From an uncultured archaeon (lineage in GTDB: Archaea; Iainarchaeota; Iainarchaeia; Iainarchaeales; VGJJ01): a stretch of DNA of 64,000 bases. Shown here piece after piece: positions 1 to 8,959 of this stretch; position 1 is the first letter of the stretch, and the number at the start of each line of letters is the position of its first letter. The notes under the pieces were generated by a model. That model saw nothing but the letters and a program-made list of their open reading frames with translations. It ran no database searches and had not been told where the DNA came from. The position numbers and the translations under genes were made by a program. The stretch lies in assembly GCA_964557045.1 (NCBI GenBank), contig CAZKYB010000001.1, positions 902 through 64,901 of the forward strand, in the 5' to 3' direction.

Positions 1-512
1 TCATTCGTGATGCGTCGGTCGTTGATTCGAAAGTAGAATCCGTCCACGCCCAGCGTTTCCATGACGTTGATTCCTAACAGCAAGCATTCAGCTTCGGCGG
101 CTTCCCCTTTGACCCCGATGATGTCACAATCCGCTTGCGTGAATTCACGGTAACGTAATGCTTGGGGATTGTCGTACCGATAGACCGTTCCCATGTTCAA
201 TGCCTTGATGGGTTTAGGGAGTTCAGGGTTCCCCGCGAGTACGCGGGCGAGGCTGGTGGTATGCTCGAATCGCATCCCCAGTTTTCTCTTGGACTGGTCT
301 TCGAGCGTGAAGAGTTCCTTCACCGCCTCGTCGCCTCCCCCTCCCTTGATGGTTAACACCTCGAGGTTTTCCAACACGGGCAACTGCATGGGTTCAAACC
401 CATACCGGGCCGCTCTTTCCGTGATAAGTGCTTCTACTTTTCGTTTGAGTCGGGCTTCCTTCCCTAAAATGTCGCGCATCCCCTTGACCGGCTGCGTGGA
501 AATGGTTGTCAT
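1..512 (-). CDS. hisS: histidyl-tRNA synthetase, N-terminal part (gene runs off the left edge of the window)
   Basis: Own reverse-strand translation from ATG at 512: MTTISTQPVKGMRDILGKEARLKRKVEALITERAARYGFEPMQLPVLENLEVL...MRFEHTTSLARVLAGN...VYRYDNPQALRYREFTQADCDIIG. The GMRD and RYREF.Q motifs are class II HisRS signatures. The frame stays open to position 1. Not in the ORF track because there is no stop inside the window. Confidence 0.85.
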   Translation of the reverse strand, partial: MTTISTQPVKGMRDILGKEARLKRKVEALITERAARYGFEPMQLPVLENLEVLTIKGGGGDEAVKELFTLEDQSKRKLGMRFEHTTSLARVLAGNPELPKPIKALNMGTVYRYDNPQALRYREFTQADCDIIGVKGEAAEAECLLLGINVMETLGVDGFYFRINDRRITN

Positions 513-559
513 GGAGGATGGATTGGTTGGGAGTGAATTAAAACCCTCGTCTGATGGAT

Positions 560-745
560 TCATGAAAATCCCCCCAAGGTGGTTTTGCTCGGGATGCGGA
601 TGATTCTCAACTCGGAGGGCTGTTCCAGCGAATATTCGATGATCAGTTCTTCCCCTTCCTCGAATCCGAGACTCTTTCGCATCGAGGAGGGTAATACCAT
701 GCGTCCTTTCGCGTCGAGCTTAACGAGAATCGTATCGAGGTCCAT
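560..745 (-). CDS. AbrB/SpoVT-family (swapped-hairpin) DNA-binding protein, antitoxin-like
   Basis: The 61-aa ORF has the pattern VKLDAKGRMVLPSSMRKSLGFEEGEELI, typical of the SpoVT-AbrB domain (v.KGqvtIPk.iR..lgi..Gd.l). ATG start. It lies 47 nt upstream of hisS on the same strand. Confidence 0.6.
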   Translation of the reverse strand: MDLDTILVKLDAKGRMVLPSSMRKSLGFEEGEELIIEYSLEQPSELRIIRIPSKTTLGGFS

Positions 746-879
746 GAAGACGCGATACCGTGGGTTGTAGAACGAGTTTCGACTTACTTGTTTTCGTGTT
801 CATAGCGTCATTCACCTCAATAGGATAAGTTGAGCGTCGAATGATTTTAAAGCGAGCGTGGGACGTGTGGGGGAAAAAA

Positions 880-1698
880 CTACTCTTCCTGCTCATCCCA
901 CCATCGGTATTGGATGAATCCAATGGATGAGGCGAGAATCATGAATCGCCCCGCCCAGGAGTAGGCGTCTCCCGGGTATTGGGAGAGGATGAAGTCCAGC
1001 ATGGCCAGCCCCAATATGCCTAATGAGATGACGAACCAGTGCCACGCCTTCGCGCTCTTTTCCCAATACTCGATGGCGAATCGTGCGGAGGCGGTGCAGT
1101 AGAGGATGAGGACAAGGGTCATGAGCTGCTGGCGCACGAGTGTGCTTCCCGTGAGCGCGGTAAATAATGGGGGGAGGAGGGTGTGGAACTTGTAGAGCGC
1201 GGCCACCCCTACAATCATGAGTATCGTTCCCACAATCAAGCGGTGAGGGACTGCGCGTATGCGTACATCGGTGTGGGATTGGTGGAATAGAATTCCGGTG
1301 ATTCCAAACCCGAAGACGAATAAATAATAGGCCAGGTTAATGTTGGCGGGAGAAATGATTCCAAACAATCCTACTAATCCCAACCCCGCAAGAATGTGCG
1401 TGAGTCCGAGCAGCCAGACTCCGGCTCCCAAGGTGAGTGCTTGTCTCGATTTTTGTTTGGTGGCCTTTCGCACTAAGTGGGCGGCAGAGAGGAGGCAAAG
1501 TCCTCCGCTGATGACATACAATAATCCCCCCAACCAAGGGATCTCCACCGAATAGTATTGGGTGCTCAATATCTGGAGGGCGAAGTGAAGGATGACCACC
1601 CCCACGATGAGGGCCTTCATGCTGGGCTTGGGGGAGAATAGGAACATGTTCCATTTGCGGAAAATGGAGTATTTAATGCACCCGTCTCCAGGGCCCAC
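880..1698 (-). CDS. hypothetical polytopic membrane protein (start uncertain; MFLF.. or MKAL.. are alternative starts)
   Basis: 272-aa ORF made of about 7-8 long hydrophobic segments. No motif recognised. Confidence 0.5.
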   Translation of the reverse strand: MGPGDGCIKYSIFRKWNMFLFSPKPSMKALIVGVVILHFALQILSTQYYSVEIPWLGGLLYVISGGLCLLSAAHLVRKATKQKSRQALTLGAGVWLLGLTHILAGLGLVGLFGIISPANINLAYYLFVFGFGITGILFHQSHTDVRIRAVPHRLIVGTILMIVGVAALYKFHTLLPPLFTALTGSTLVRQQLMTLVLILYCTASARFAIEYWEKSAKAWHWFVISLGILGLAMLDFILSQYPGDAYSWAGRFMILASSIGFIQYRWWDEQEE

Positions 1699-1858
1699 GC
1701 CCCCTTTTAAAAGCCTTGATTCGCCTTTTTTGATTGAGGGACAACTCCCTTCATTTCTCGTTCCTTGAACGGGTCATGGCCCGTGCAGTGTGGCGGTCGC
1801 ATACAAGCCTGTGGAGCTTGTGGGAGGGGTTCGACTCCCCTCATGGGCACTTTTTGAG

Positions 1859-3229
1859 TTAGTCCTCATCGAGGGCGGTGCATTGCAGGTCGTACTGGCA
1901 TATTTGCTCGCACGCCTTATCGCTTGGAGTCACATCTTCATCATTTTTCGTGCAGGCGTTGAAACATTGGTTTTCTTGCGACTTCGTGCACGTAGGCCAC
2001 CCGGCGGCATCGACGACCACGACATCATGGTCAATCGTGGATCCAGGGCCGAATGCGTTCCATGCGTTTTGGTATGCGAACTTTTCCTGCCCTTCAACAG
2101 GAGTCGCCGCGATGAATGCGCGGGAAAACTCGATGATTCGATCGTACACGTCGGGGTCATAGTTGTATTCCGGTCCCGCATGGGTGCCCCACATCACTTG
2201 GTCGGGTACCGCCTTGATGAGGGGGAGGTAAAGGGCGATGGCATTGGAGAGCATCTTGGCATGATTCTCCTCGTATTCTTCCAGGAATCGTTCCGCGCCT
2301 TTGGCTAATGGAACGGTTTCAAACTCATACAAGATGCTGCTGCCCTTCCCCGCGTCATACATGAGGTGATCCACGTCCACACTATAGTAGAGATTTGGGT
2401 TCTCCTTCATGATGGCGATGAGCTTTTCTCGATCTGCAGAGAAATCCTCATAGCTCTGGTGCATGATAAATTGCACATCCGGATAGGCACTTACGAGCGC
2501 CTCGATGTCGTCCGTTTCTCCCTTTCCAGGGTGAAACATGATGTGGATGGTTTCGTCTTGGGCGAACTCTACCAAATTTTTCATCTTGGTCCCATTCACC
2601 GGGTCGCCGGGCCAGTCGAATTGTTCCAGTTTTCCGATTCCCTTCACGATTCCTTTCCCGGCAATTCCAGTTGCAGAAAAATAAGCGTCGCGGTAGAACT
2701 GGAGGAGTTCTCCGTCCGGGAGGAGGGAGATAGCATCATTATCCCACTCTAATGAGAGGAACGGAATCACGCGTTGGGGGTGCGTCTGCACCGCGTCCAC
2801 CAAGAATCCCAATCCATCCTGGTTGGATAGTTTTCCTTCCTCGGCTTTCCCGGGGATTTCAAAAAAACCAATGAAGGCGTGGACGCCGTTGCGGTTCATT
2901 CCCGCAAAATATTGGTCCATGGGGGCATCGTCAATTTGGATGCTCGAATCCACCAACGTACCAGAGTAGGTCCCCTCATACGTGACTTGAGGGAGGGTGA
3001 AATAGTCCGTGCTTGGAACCGGGCTCGGCTCCACAGGGGTCTCTTCGACCGGCAAATCAGGGGTTTCCTCGACCGAAGGGGTGGGGGTGTCAGGCACCTC
3101 GGTGATGGTGGGGGTGGGGTCCACGGCGGGTGTTTCCGGACCAACAGGCGCTTGAACGGGAGGCTGGGCGCATCCAGCCACTAGAATGAGGAATAATACC
3201 GATATAACGAGTCCTAGAATGGGTTTCAT
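1859..3229 (-). CDS. secreted/lipobox protein with amidohydrolase-like (TIM-barrel metal hydrolase) body and Cys-rich C-terminal tail
   Basis: N-terminus MKPILGLVISVLFLILVAGC is a signal peptide plus lipobox-like Cys. It is followed by a P/T/E-rich linker. The segment HIMFHPGKG...WGTHAGPEY...FAYQNAWNAF resembles Amidohydro_2-type ends. The last ~50 aa contain 7 Cys. The function call is weak. Confidence 0.45.
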   Translation of the reverse strand: MKPILGLVISVLFLILVAGCAQPPVQAPVGPETPAVDPTPTITEVPDTPTPSVEETPDLPVEETPVEPSPVPSTDYFTLPQVTYEGTYSGTLVDSSIQIDDAPMDQYFAGMNRNGVHAFIGFFEIPGKAEEGKLSNQDGLGFLVDAVQTHPQRVIPFLSLEWDNDAISLLPDGELLQFYRDAYFSATGIAGKGIVKGIGKLEQFDWPGDPVNGTKMKNLVEFAQDETIHIMFHPGKGETDDIEALVSAYPDVQFIMHQSYEDFSADREKLIAIMKENPNLYYSVDVDHLMYDAGKGSSILYEFETVPLAKGAERFLEEYEENHAKMLSNAIALYLPLIKAVPDQVMWGTHAGPEYNYDPDVYDRIIEFSRAFIAATPVEGQEKFAYQNAWNAFGPGSTIDHDVVVVDAAGWPTCTKSQENQCFNACTKNDEDVTPSDKACEQICQYDLQCTALDED

Positions 3230-3250
3230 GCCACCCTTTCGTGGTCTGGG

Positions 3251-3258
3251 AATTTAAA
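3251..3258 (+). promoter_or_regulatory. TATA-like box upstream of tRNA-Arg
   Basis: AATTTAAA lies 34-41 nt upstream of the tRNA 5' end at 3292. Confidence 0.3.
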
Positions 3259-3291
3259 CGTGTTGCGGGCCATCTCTTCTATTCCAGTGCT

Positions 3292-3365
3292 GCCTCTGTA
3301 GTATAACCTGGATAGTACGCGAGCTTGCGGAGCTTGTAATCAGGGTTCAAATCCCTGCAGAGGCG
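3292..3365 (+). tRNA. tRNA-Arg (anticodon GCG), no intron, CCA not encoded
   Basis: Hand-folded cloverleaf. Acceptor GCCTCTG/CAGAGGC, D stem GTAT/GTAC. Anticodon stem CGAGC/GCTTG with loop TTGCGGA. T arm CAGGG-TTCAAAT-CCCTG. Discriminator G. Confidence 0.9.
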
Positions 3366-3376
3366 CTTTTCATTCC

Positions 3377-3886
3377 TTATTTTACTGAATATTTCATCTC
3401 CACCAACCCTTCCTTGAATGCGCGTGTAGAAATAAGTTTCAGGGGGAGCTCCTTCATCCCTTTCAAGAGTGGAATTCCTTTTCCCAGAATTCGCGGGTGT
3501 ACGTACAACCACATCTCATCCACTACTCCTTCGTTCACCAGCAAGGATGCGAGTTGTCCGCCTCCAACGAGCCAGATGGGTTTTCCTTTTTTCTGTTTGA
3601 TTTTTTTCACGAATGCGGGAATGTTTTTCGTGACCACCTTTACGTATTTTTGATCAGGAACAAATCCCTTCTTGGAGAACACGATGCATTCCTTATCCGC
3701 ATAGGGTTGTTTCTCGAATCCCCGCGCCACGTCCCACGTTTTCCGTCCCATGATGACCGTTCCAAGGGATGAATAGAATTTTTTGTACCCAAACTCTCCT
3801 TCCTGGAAAAGCCAATCCACGCTTCCATTTTTGCGTGCGATGAATAAGTCGAGAGACGTGGCAATGTAGAGGATGAGCGTGCGCAT
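3377..3886 (-). CDS. dihydrofolate reductase-like / RibD C-terminal domain reductase
   Basis: 169 aa. MRTLILYIATSLDLFIARKNGSVDWLF...VIMGRKTWD...IWLVGGGQLASLLVNEGVVDEMWLYVHPRILGKGIPL matches the RibD_C/DHFR fold pattern. Confidence 0.7.
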   Translation of the reverse strand: MRTLILYIATSLDLFIARKNGSVDWLFQEGEFGYKKFYSSLGTVIMGRKTWDVARGFEKQPYADKECIVFSKKGFVPDQKYVKVVTKNIPAFVKKIKQKKGKPIWLVGGGQLASLLVNEGVVDEMWLYVHPRILGKGIPLLKGMKELPLKLISTRAFKEGLVEMKYSVK

Positions 3887-3936
3887 GAGGAGGAAGAAGG
3901 TAAAGGAGTACTAAAACGCGCGCATGGGACGTCGCT

Positions 3937-5082
3937 CTAGAATTTGCTTCCCGCGTCCTGGGGGGAGGGAGGAGTGGTTGTCGTGTCAGGCGGCACTTCT
4001 TCCACGTGCGTGTAGACGGGCGCCGGAGGAGTGTTGTCTGGCACGGCCGGCGCGGACCATCCGGTTCCATCCGAGGGAGGATTGCTCGCCGAGAGGGTGT
4101 TATCCTCGACTCCGTATGTTTCAGCAGGGATAAACTGGAACAGTAACGTGCCAAAAACCGCCGACAAGGGTTGGATCACAAACGTGGCCATGAGGAAGAA
4201 AATAATACTTCCCAAGAATGCGGCGATGACCCAGTAGTATTGTTTGAGTGCGGAATACCCGGGGACCGTTTTCTCAATTTGCGTGAGGATAGAGGAAGTG
4301 TCGATGGTCTTCTGTTCATCCTTCACTTGCTGGTTAATCTTGTCTCGGTACTCTTGCGAGTTTACATTCTCAAGGGTTTGATCCATCAGGGTAACAAATC
4401 CCGTGACATCCACATCTGATTTGTTGCGAAGCTTGGTGAAGGATTCCGATTCCGTGATTTGGATGAGGGTATTGCGTTGCGTGGTAATAAGAAAGTCGGC
4501 AGTGATTTTCTGTACATCCAACTGCTGGATAACTTTTCCCTGGAACAATGAGTTCTCAAATTGTCCAAAGAGGGCCTGACTCTGGGGCAGTGCGACCATG
4601 GCCAGCGTCACAAGGACCCCCACTCCAATAATCTGCAGTCCCCGCTGCGCCCCGGAGAAGCTGGATCGGAACACGACAAAGTTCTTCAATTCCAACCGTT
4701 TCATGCGGCTGGTTTCCAACATGAGGGGGATGGATCCGAAATAGAATAGGGCCAGGGGATACCATTGGGCGAACTTTCCAAACAGCAAGGCACTAATCGC
4801 ACAGGCCAGTATGGAAGGAACGACAGTGGCCACATACACGCGCGCCCGATCATCCTTGTCCGCGGAAGCCGTGATGAGGGCGAGGGTCGCGGAGAAGAAT
4901 AGGGCGAACAGGGCAAAGTTAACCGAGAGAATGAACCCAATCGACTGAAGATTTCCCACGCTCGAAAGAAGGGAGTCGGGGGTAATGGCGAGCTGGTCGA
5001 GGAAGAAAGCCCACAATAGGGTGAGGATGAAAATTCCGGCCCCAATGATTAGTGTCTTTCGGGTTCCCAATTCTACGCTCAT
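3937..5082 (-). CDS. hypothetical membrane protein with P/T-rich C-terminal tail
   Basis: 381-aa ORF with several TM segments, a central polar helical region and a C-terminal PPSDGTGWSAPAVPDNTPPAPV...TTTTPPSP tail. The ATG overlaps the map stop by 4 nt. Confidence 0.55.
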   Translation of the reverse strand: MSVELGTRKTLIIGAGIFILTLLWAFFLDQLAITPDSLLSSVGNLQSIGFILSVNFALFALFFSATLALITASADKDDRARVYVATVVPSILACAISALLFGKFAQWYPLALFYFGSIPLMLETSRMKRLELKNFVVFRSSFSGAQRGLQIIGVGVLVTLAMVALPQSQALFGQFENSLFQGKVIQQLDVQKITADFLITTQRNTLIQITESESFTKLRNKSDVDVTGFVTLMDQTLENVNSQEYRDKINQQVKDEQKTIDTSSILTQIEKTVPGYSALKQYYWVIAAFLGSIIFFLMATFVIQPLSAVFGTLLFQFIPAETYGVEDNTLSASNPPSDGTGWSAPAVPDNTPPAPVYTHVEEVPPDTTTTPPSPQDAGSKF

Positions 5083-5984
5083 ACGAGACGGAGGACCTTT
5101 CCCTTGTTTATTAACATGGTGGTCTCGAACTGCGCGACGATGGCCCCCTTCTTCTCGCGTAAAACCGAGTGGGCCTCTAATGCGCCGAACTTTACGAGTT
5201 CACGTAGGGCCGTTTTGCGGGCGAACTCGCTCATCTCCAGGTCGCGCACCAACCATCGCTCGGCGAAGGGGAGTCCGTCATAGTTCTCGGTGCAGAACTC
5301 CAACACCTTTCTCGCATTCGTATTGCGCACGCCCCCCTGGGCGATGACTTCGAATATCTCCACTTGACCCGCGTCCACAATCCTACCATTCCCATGAATG
5401 CTTCCAAAGGGTTCCATGGCGTAGGCAAATCCCTCCTCGAGGGTTTCCGTATCTCCCGAATCTACATTGGGAATGGTGGGCGGGCAGTGGGCAATGTACT
5501 GGTCGATTCCATGACCCGACAAGTTTTCTACCGGATCCACTTTGTGGGCGCGCAGTGTTTCGGCAATTGCGGCGCCCAATTCTCGCACTTCCACTCCTTC
5601 CTTGACTTTTGAAAATCCCGCTTCGAGTGCGGCTTTCGTTGCATTAATCAGGTTCTTTGTTTCAGGTGTTTGGGCGAAATCCAGAGTGAGGGCCGCATCG
5701 ATGATGTATCCTTCTTTGTGCACCCCAATGTCCACCTTCAATACGTCGCCTTTCTGGACTTTTGTTGGATCATCGTGTGCAGGGGTGTAGTGCGCAGCAA
5801 TGTCATTCAAGGATAAATTAAGCGGAAACGCAATCCCACACCCATGCTTGAGTGTGAGGGCTTCAATCTCTTCGGCGATGTCCAACAGCTTGACGCCGGG
5901 CTGGATCATATCCACGGCTTTCTTGCGGCACAAGGCGTGCACCTTGGCGGCATCTTCGTAATGCTCAACGATGTGGGAGTCCAT
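5079..5984 (-). CDS. map: methionine aminopeptidase, type 2 (archaeal)
   Basis: 301 aa. The segments AHYTP...D.LKVDIGVH.EGYIID.A...SGHGI...EP are MetAP pita-bread metal-ligand segments. The C-terminal insert is typical of type 2. Confidence 0.9.
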   Translation of the reverse strand: MDSHIVEHYEDAAKVHALCRKKAVDMIQPGVKLLDIAEEIEALTLKHGCGIAFPLNLSLNDIAAHYTPAHDDPTKVQKGDVLKVDIGVHKEGYIIDAALTLDFAQTPETKNLINATKAALEAGFSKVKEGVEVRELGAAIAETLRAHKVDPVENLSGHGIDQYIAHCPPTIPNVDSGDTETLEEGFAYAMEPFGSIHGNGRIVDAGQVEIFEVIAQGGVRNTNARKVLEFCTENYDGLPFAERWLVRDLEMSEFARKTALRELVKFGALEAHSVLREKKGAIVAQFETTMLINKGKVLRLV

Positions 5985-6017
5985 ATCCTTCCTGCGTGAA
6001 AAAAGGTTATAATGCTG

Positions 6018-8441
6018 TCAGACGAAGGAGCCCAGTCCCGTCTGCTTTCCTCCGCGCTCCAAATCGGTGGAGTCGATTCCTAACTCGGCGAATATTTTCT
6101 CTACAGCCGGAATGACTTGGTTTTGGATGTAATAGTTCGCGTCGTAGTCTCCTTCTTTCACGAATTCTTCCAACTCGGCCTTGTCGGAGATAGATTTTCC
6201 TTTGGAGGTGATGATGAATCCGAGCATTTGTCCAACCAAAACTTCCTTTCCCCTTTTCTGGGCTTTCAACGCGGCGGATACGTGCGGGGCCATGGCGGCA
6301 TACGCGTCGGGTCGTCGTTGCATTTGGGTGAGTACAACCAATTCTTTCTTGGGAACTTTCCCTTCCTTCAGGCGTTGAATAACTTCCAACACGATTTCGT
6401 GGGCGCGCTTCGGGTCTCCTTTCACCAACACTTCTTCTAACACTCTCTTTTGTGTTTCGCGCGCGATGATGCTCACGTCCCTGCGCACGTATTCAAATCC
6501 TACAATCGTGAGGTTGTTCTCGAAGTCGGCAAGGGCGTATCGTTTCTTCGCCGCGTGTCCTTCTTTCTTGGTGACGAATATTCCGCGCTTGTACAGTCCT
6601 TCAAATTCTAGTTCCATTCTTCCCGGGAGTTTCTTGTTGACTTTTTGGACAAACTTTCGCACATCTTCTTCGGTTTTCTTTCCCGGCAAGAGGATGAAGG
6701 CCGAGTCGGTGTCTCCGTACACGGGATTGAATCCTTCTTCTTCGGCCCAATTGAGTGTTTGTCGGATGTAGTGTCTCGACCACGCTGTAATCGCACGCGC
6801 GGATTCTCTCGAATACCATCGGAATCGAGGATACGCGAGGGTGCCAAAGAATGAATTCAGGACAATCTTGAGTGCTTGTTTTCGCGCTTTGAGGAAAACC
6901 AACTGTGGATCTCCTTTCGCTGTTTCATCCATCTTTTTTTGTACGGCAATTCGTGCGTCGAGGATGCGTTCCAGCACGGTGGAAAACAACCCTTTCTTCT
7001 TGGTGCAGAACCAATGCCCCGTGGGGGATTTGTTGACTCCCTCTTTACAAGTAGGATGTTCACAATCGAGCGTATCAGGGGAAATGTTGTGAGAAATCAT
7101 GATGGATGGATGTAGAGAGCGAAAATCCAACACGGCCAAATTTTCATGCAGGCCTGCCACCGGCTCCTTAACATATCCTCCCTCAATGGGGGTATTTTCC
7201 CGCGCGCGCACTTGTTCATCTGAGGGAGAGTTGGGGAACATCTTTCCTTGCTTCACACTCTCATTCATGAGGGTGGTTTCAACGAGCTGTGAGGCGGTCA
7301 TTCGGTTGACTTCGAATAGGGTCAAGTGCACCAGTCGGGCGATTTCCAATAATGAGGGGAGAAATTCATCTCCCAATTCCTGCGTGTATTCCGTGTCGGT
7401 GAGGTTGTACAACGCGAGCTTGTCCAATCCCTTTTGGGTTTTCCACGTTTCAACAATCTGAGCGTGCGTGAGGGATTTTTCTCCTTTTCCAAACACCGCG
7501 CGCATGACACTTTCCAAATCCATGCGGGGGGATTTGATGACTTGGAACCGTGCTAAGAGTCGCATCAGCTGATACACGTCCACGTGTTGCATACCATGGA
7601 TGCGGGCTTCGCGTTCGGTTCCTTTTCCCACGAGTTGGACGTCTCCAAAACCATAGTCCATTTTCACCATGTTGCGTTTGGAGCGCTCCACTAAGAAAGG
7701 AAAATCGAAGTGATCTCCGTTATACGTGTAAATCACATCCAAGTCCGCAAGAGCGAGAAAGGTGGAGGTTTGTTCCAAGACTTTTTTCTCATTCAAACAA
7801 GGCTGCGTGAATTCGTTGTGATAGTCCGCGGCGATGAATACTTTTTTTCCCACCGGCGTGTTCAATGCCACGCTGATGATGGGATCTTTCTCAGGAAGGG
7901 GTATTTTGTGCGTCCCATACGTTTCAATGTCCAACGATCCCGTGCGCAAGAGAGGAACATCCCCTTCAATGGATTGGATGGTTTTCACATGCCCTTCGTT
8001 CGTGAGGGTCCATTCCGTGAGCGTGTAAGGAATGAGTTGCTTGTCCAGCAAGTAGCGTTTCGTGTAGGGAATGTTGGATTCGAACAGGGCTTCCACAAAG
8101 GGATAGTTTTTGATGACGTCCCGGGAACGGACTAACTCATTGATGGTCTTGAAGGTAAGTTTGAGGTAGGGTTTCTTTTCCCGCTCAATCAATTCAACCC
8201 TCAATGGAACAAGACCCCCCGGGAGGGTCTCCTCTTTCATCTGGGAAAGAATCTTTTTGGGGTCCGCGGAGGGGACCAATTGGAGGTAGTAATAGGGGGG
8301 GAAATCCACGTCTAATAGGTGAATGATTCCTGTCTGGGGGGCCATAGGCCGTATGAACAGGTCCACGACCGACATTCCCTCGTATTCGTGCGTTTGGACG
8401 TCGAGCAAGACCCCTTTATTCGCCTGTTTTTGGCTAGTCAT
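6018..8441 (-). CDS. polB: family B DNA polymerase
   Basis: 807 aa. Exo I is LDIETYG. Pol motifs are SLHPSIM, KIVLNSFFGTL and VYGDTDS. No intein-sized insertion. Confidence 0.95.
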   Translation of the reverse strand: MTSQKQANKGVLLDVQTHEYEGMSVVDLFIRPMAPQTGIIHLLDVDFPPYYYLQLVPSADPKKILSQMKEETLPGGLVPLRVELIEREKKPYLKLTFKTINELVRSRDVIKNYPFVEALFESNIPYTKRYLLDKQLIPYTLTEWTLTNEGHVKTIQSIEGDVPLLRTGSLDIETYGTHKIPLPEKDPIISVALNTPVGKKVFIAADYHNEFTQPCLNEKKVLEQTSTFLALADLDVIYTYNGDHFDFPFLVERSKRNMVKMDYGFGDVQLVGKGTEREARIHGMQHVDVYQLMRLLARFQVIKSPRMDLESVMRAVFGKGEKSLTHAQIVETWKTQKGLDKLALYNLTDTEYTQELGDEFLPSLLEIARLVHLTLFEVNRMTASQLVETTLMNESVKQGKMFPNSPSDEQVRARENTPIEGGYVKEPVAGLHENLAVLDFRSLHPSIMISHNISPDTLDCEHPTCKEGVNKSPTGHWFCTKKKGLFSTVLERILDARIAVQKKMDETAKGDPQLVFLKARKQALKIVLNSFFGTLAYPRFRWYSRESARAITAWSRHYIRQTLNWAEEEGFNPVYGDTDSAFILLPGKKTEEDVRKFVQKVNKKLPGRMELEFEGLYKRGIFVTKKEGHAAKKRYALADFENNLTIVGFEYVRRDVSIIARETQKRVLEEVLVKGDPKRAHEIVLEVIQRLKEGKVPKKELVVLTQMQRRPDAYAAMAPHVSAALKAQKRGKEVLVGQMLGFIITSKGKSISDKAELEEFVKEGDYDANYYIQNQVIPAVEKIFAELGIDSTDLERGGKQTGLGSFV

Positions 8442-8446
8442 ACGTG

Positions 8447-8456
8447 TTTTTTAAGG
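8447..8456 (+). promoter_or_regulatory. TATA-like box for the 8477 gene (leaderless spacing)
   Basis: TTTTTTAAGG lies 21-30 nt upstream of ATG 8477. Confidence 0.35.
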
Positions 8457-8466
8457 CCCCAAGGCT

Positions 8467-8474
8467 CTTTTAAC
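8467..8474 (-). promoter_or_regulatory. TATA-like box for polB (leaderless spacing)
   Basis: Minus-strand GTTAAAAG lies 26-33 nt upstream of the polB ATG at 8441. Confidence 0.35.
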
Positions 8475-8476
8475 TC

Positions 8477-8935
8477 ATGCCTGGACCCACCCCTGAAAAC
8501 CCTGGTATGAGCCCCTCCATGGCCCCTAAGGGCGGGGATTATTTGATGTCCATGAACCGGGACCTCAAGGCCCTCTCCGCGGCCGTGATGGTCATCACCC
8601 AGAAGATCAAGTATTTGGTGAGGAATGAGAAAATTCTGGGGAGAAACCTCATTGTGATCAACAAGCGCGTACGAGACCTCCAGCAGCAGGTCTCCCAGAC
8701 TCAGAATCAGGGGGTCAATGATTCCGTGAAAGCCGCTCTGGATGATCTCACGCGACAAGTCTCGGCGATTTCTCAACGCTTGGTTGAGTTGGAAGCCAAA
8801 GTGGATGATGTGTCGCGCTCCTCCGCGAAAAGTGAGGATGTACGAGAAATCAAGTACGTGGTCGACACGCTCAACCCCTTGCATTTTATCACCGTGGAAC
8901 AGGCCCAGCAGATGATGGACAAGAACAAGAAATAA
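8477..8935 (+). CDS. hypothetical coiled-coil protein
   Basis: 152 aa with heptad-like Q/L/V-rich segments (LQQQVSQTQNQ...LTRQVSAISQRLVELEAKVDDV). No TM segment. The first ~25 aa are P/G/M-rich, so a later start is possible. Confidence 0.5.
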   Translation: MPGPTPENPGMSPSMAPKGGDYLMSMNRDLKALSAAVMVITQKIKYLVRNEKILGRNLIVINKRVRDLQQQVSQTQNQGVNDSVKAALDDLTRQVSAISQRLVELEAKVDDVSRSSAKSEDVREIKYVVDTLNPLHFITVEQAQQMMDKNKK

Positions 8936-8959
8936 TACACGTGTATTTTTCCCAATTCT

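Noticed and set aside
560-923. Possible VapBC/MazEF-type toxin-antitoxin pair around the AbrB-like gene
   Set aside because: The only neighbouring ORF (720-923, 67 aa) overlaps the AbrB gene start, has no PIN or MazF motifs and looks like non-coding spacer. No toxin candidate was found.
3279-3512. 77-aa minus-strand ORF
   Set aside because: It overlaps tRNA-Arg and the 3' end of the RibD_C-like gene. The tRNA fold is clear.
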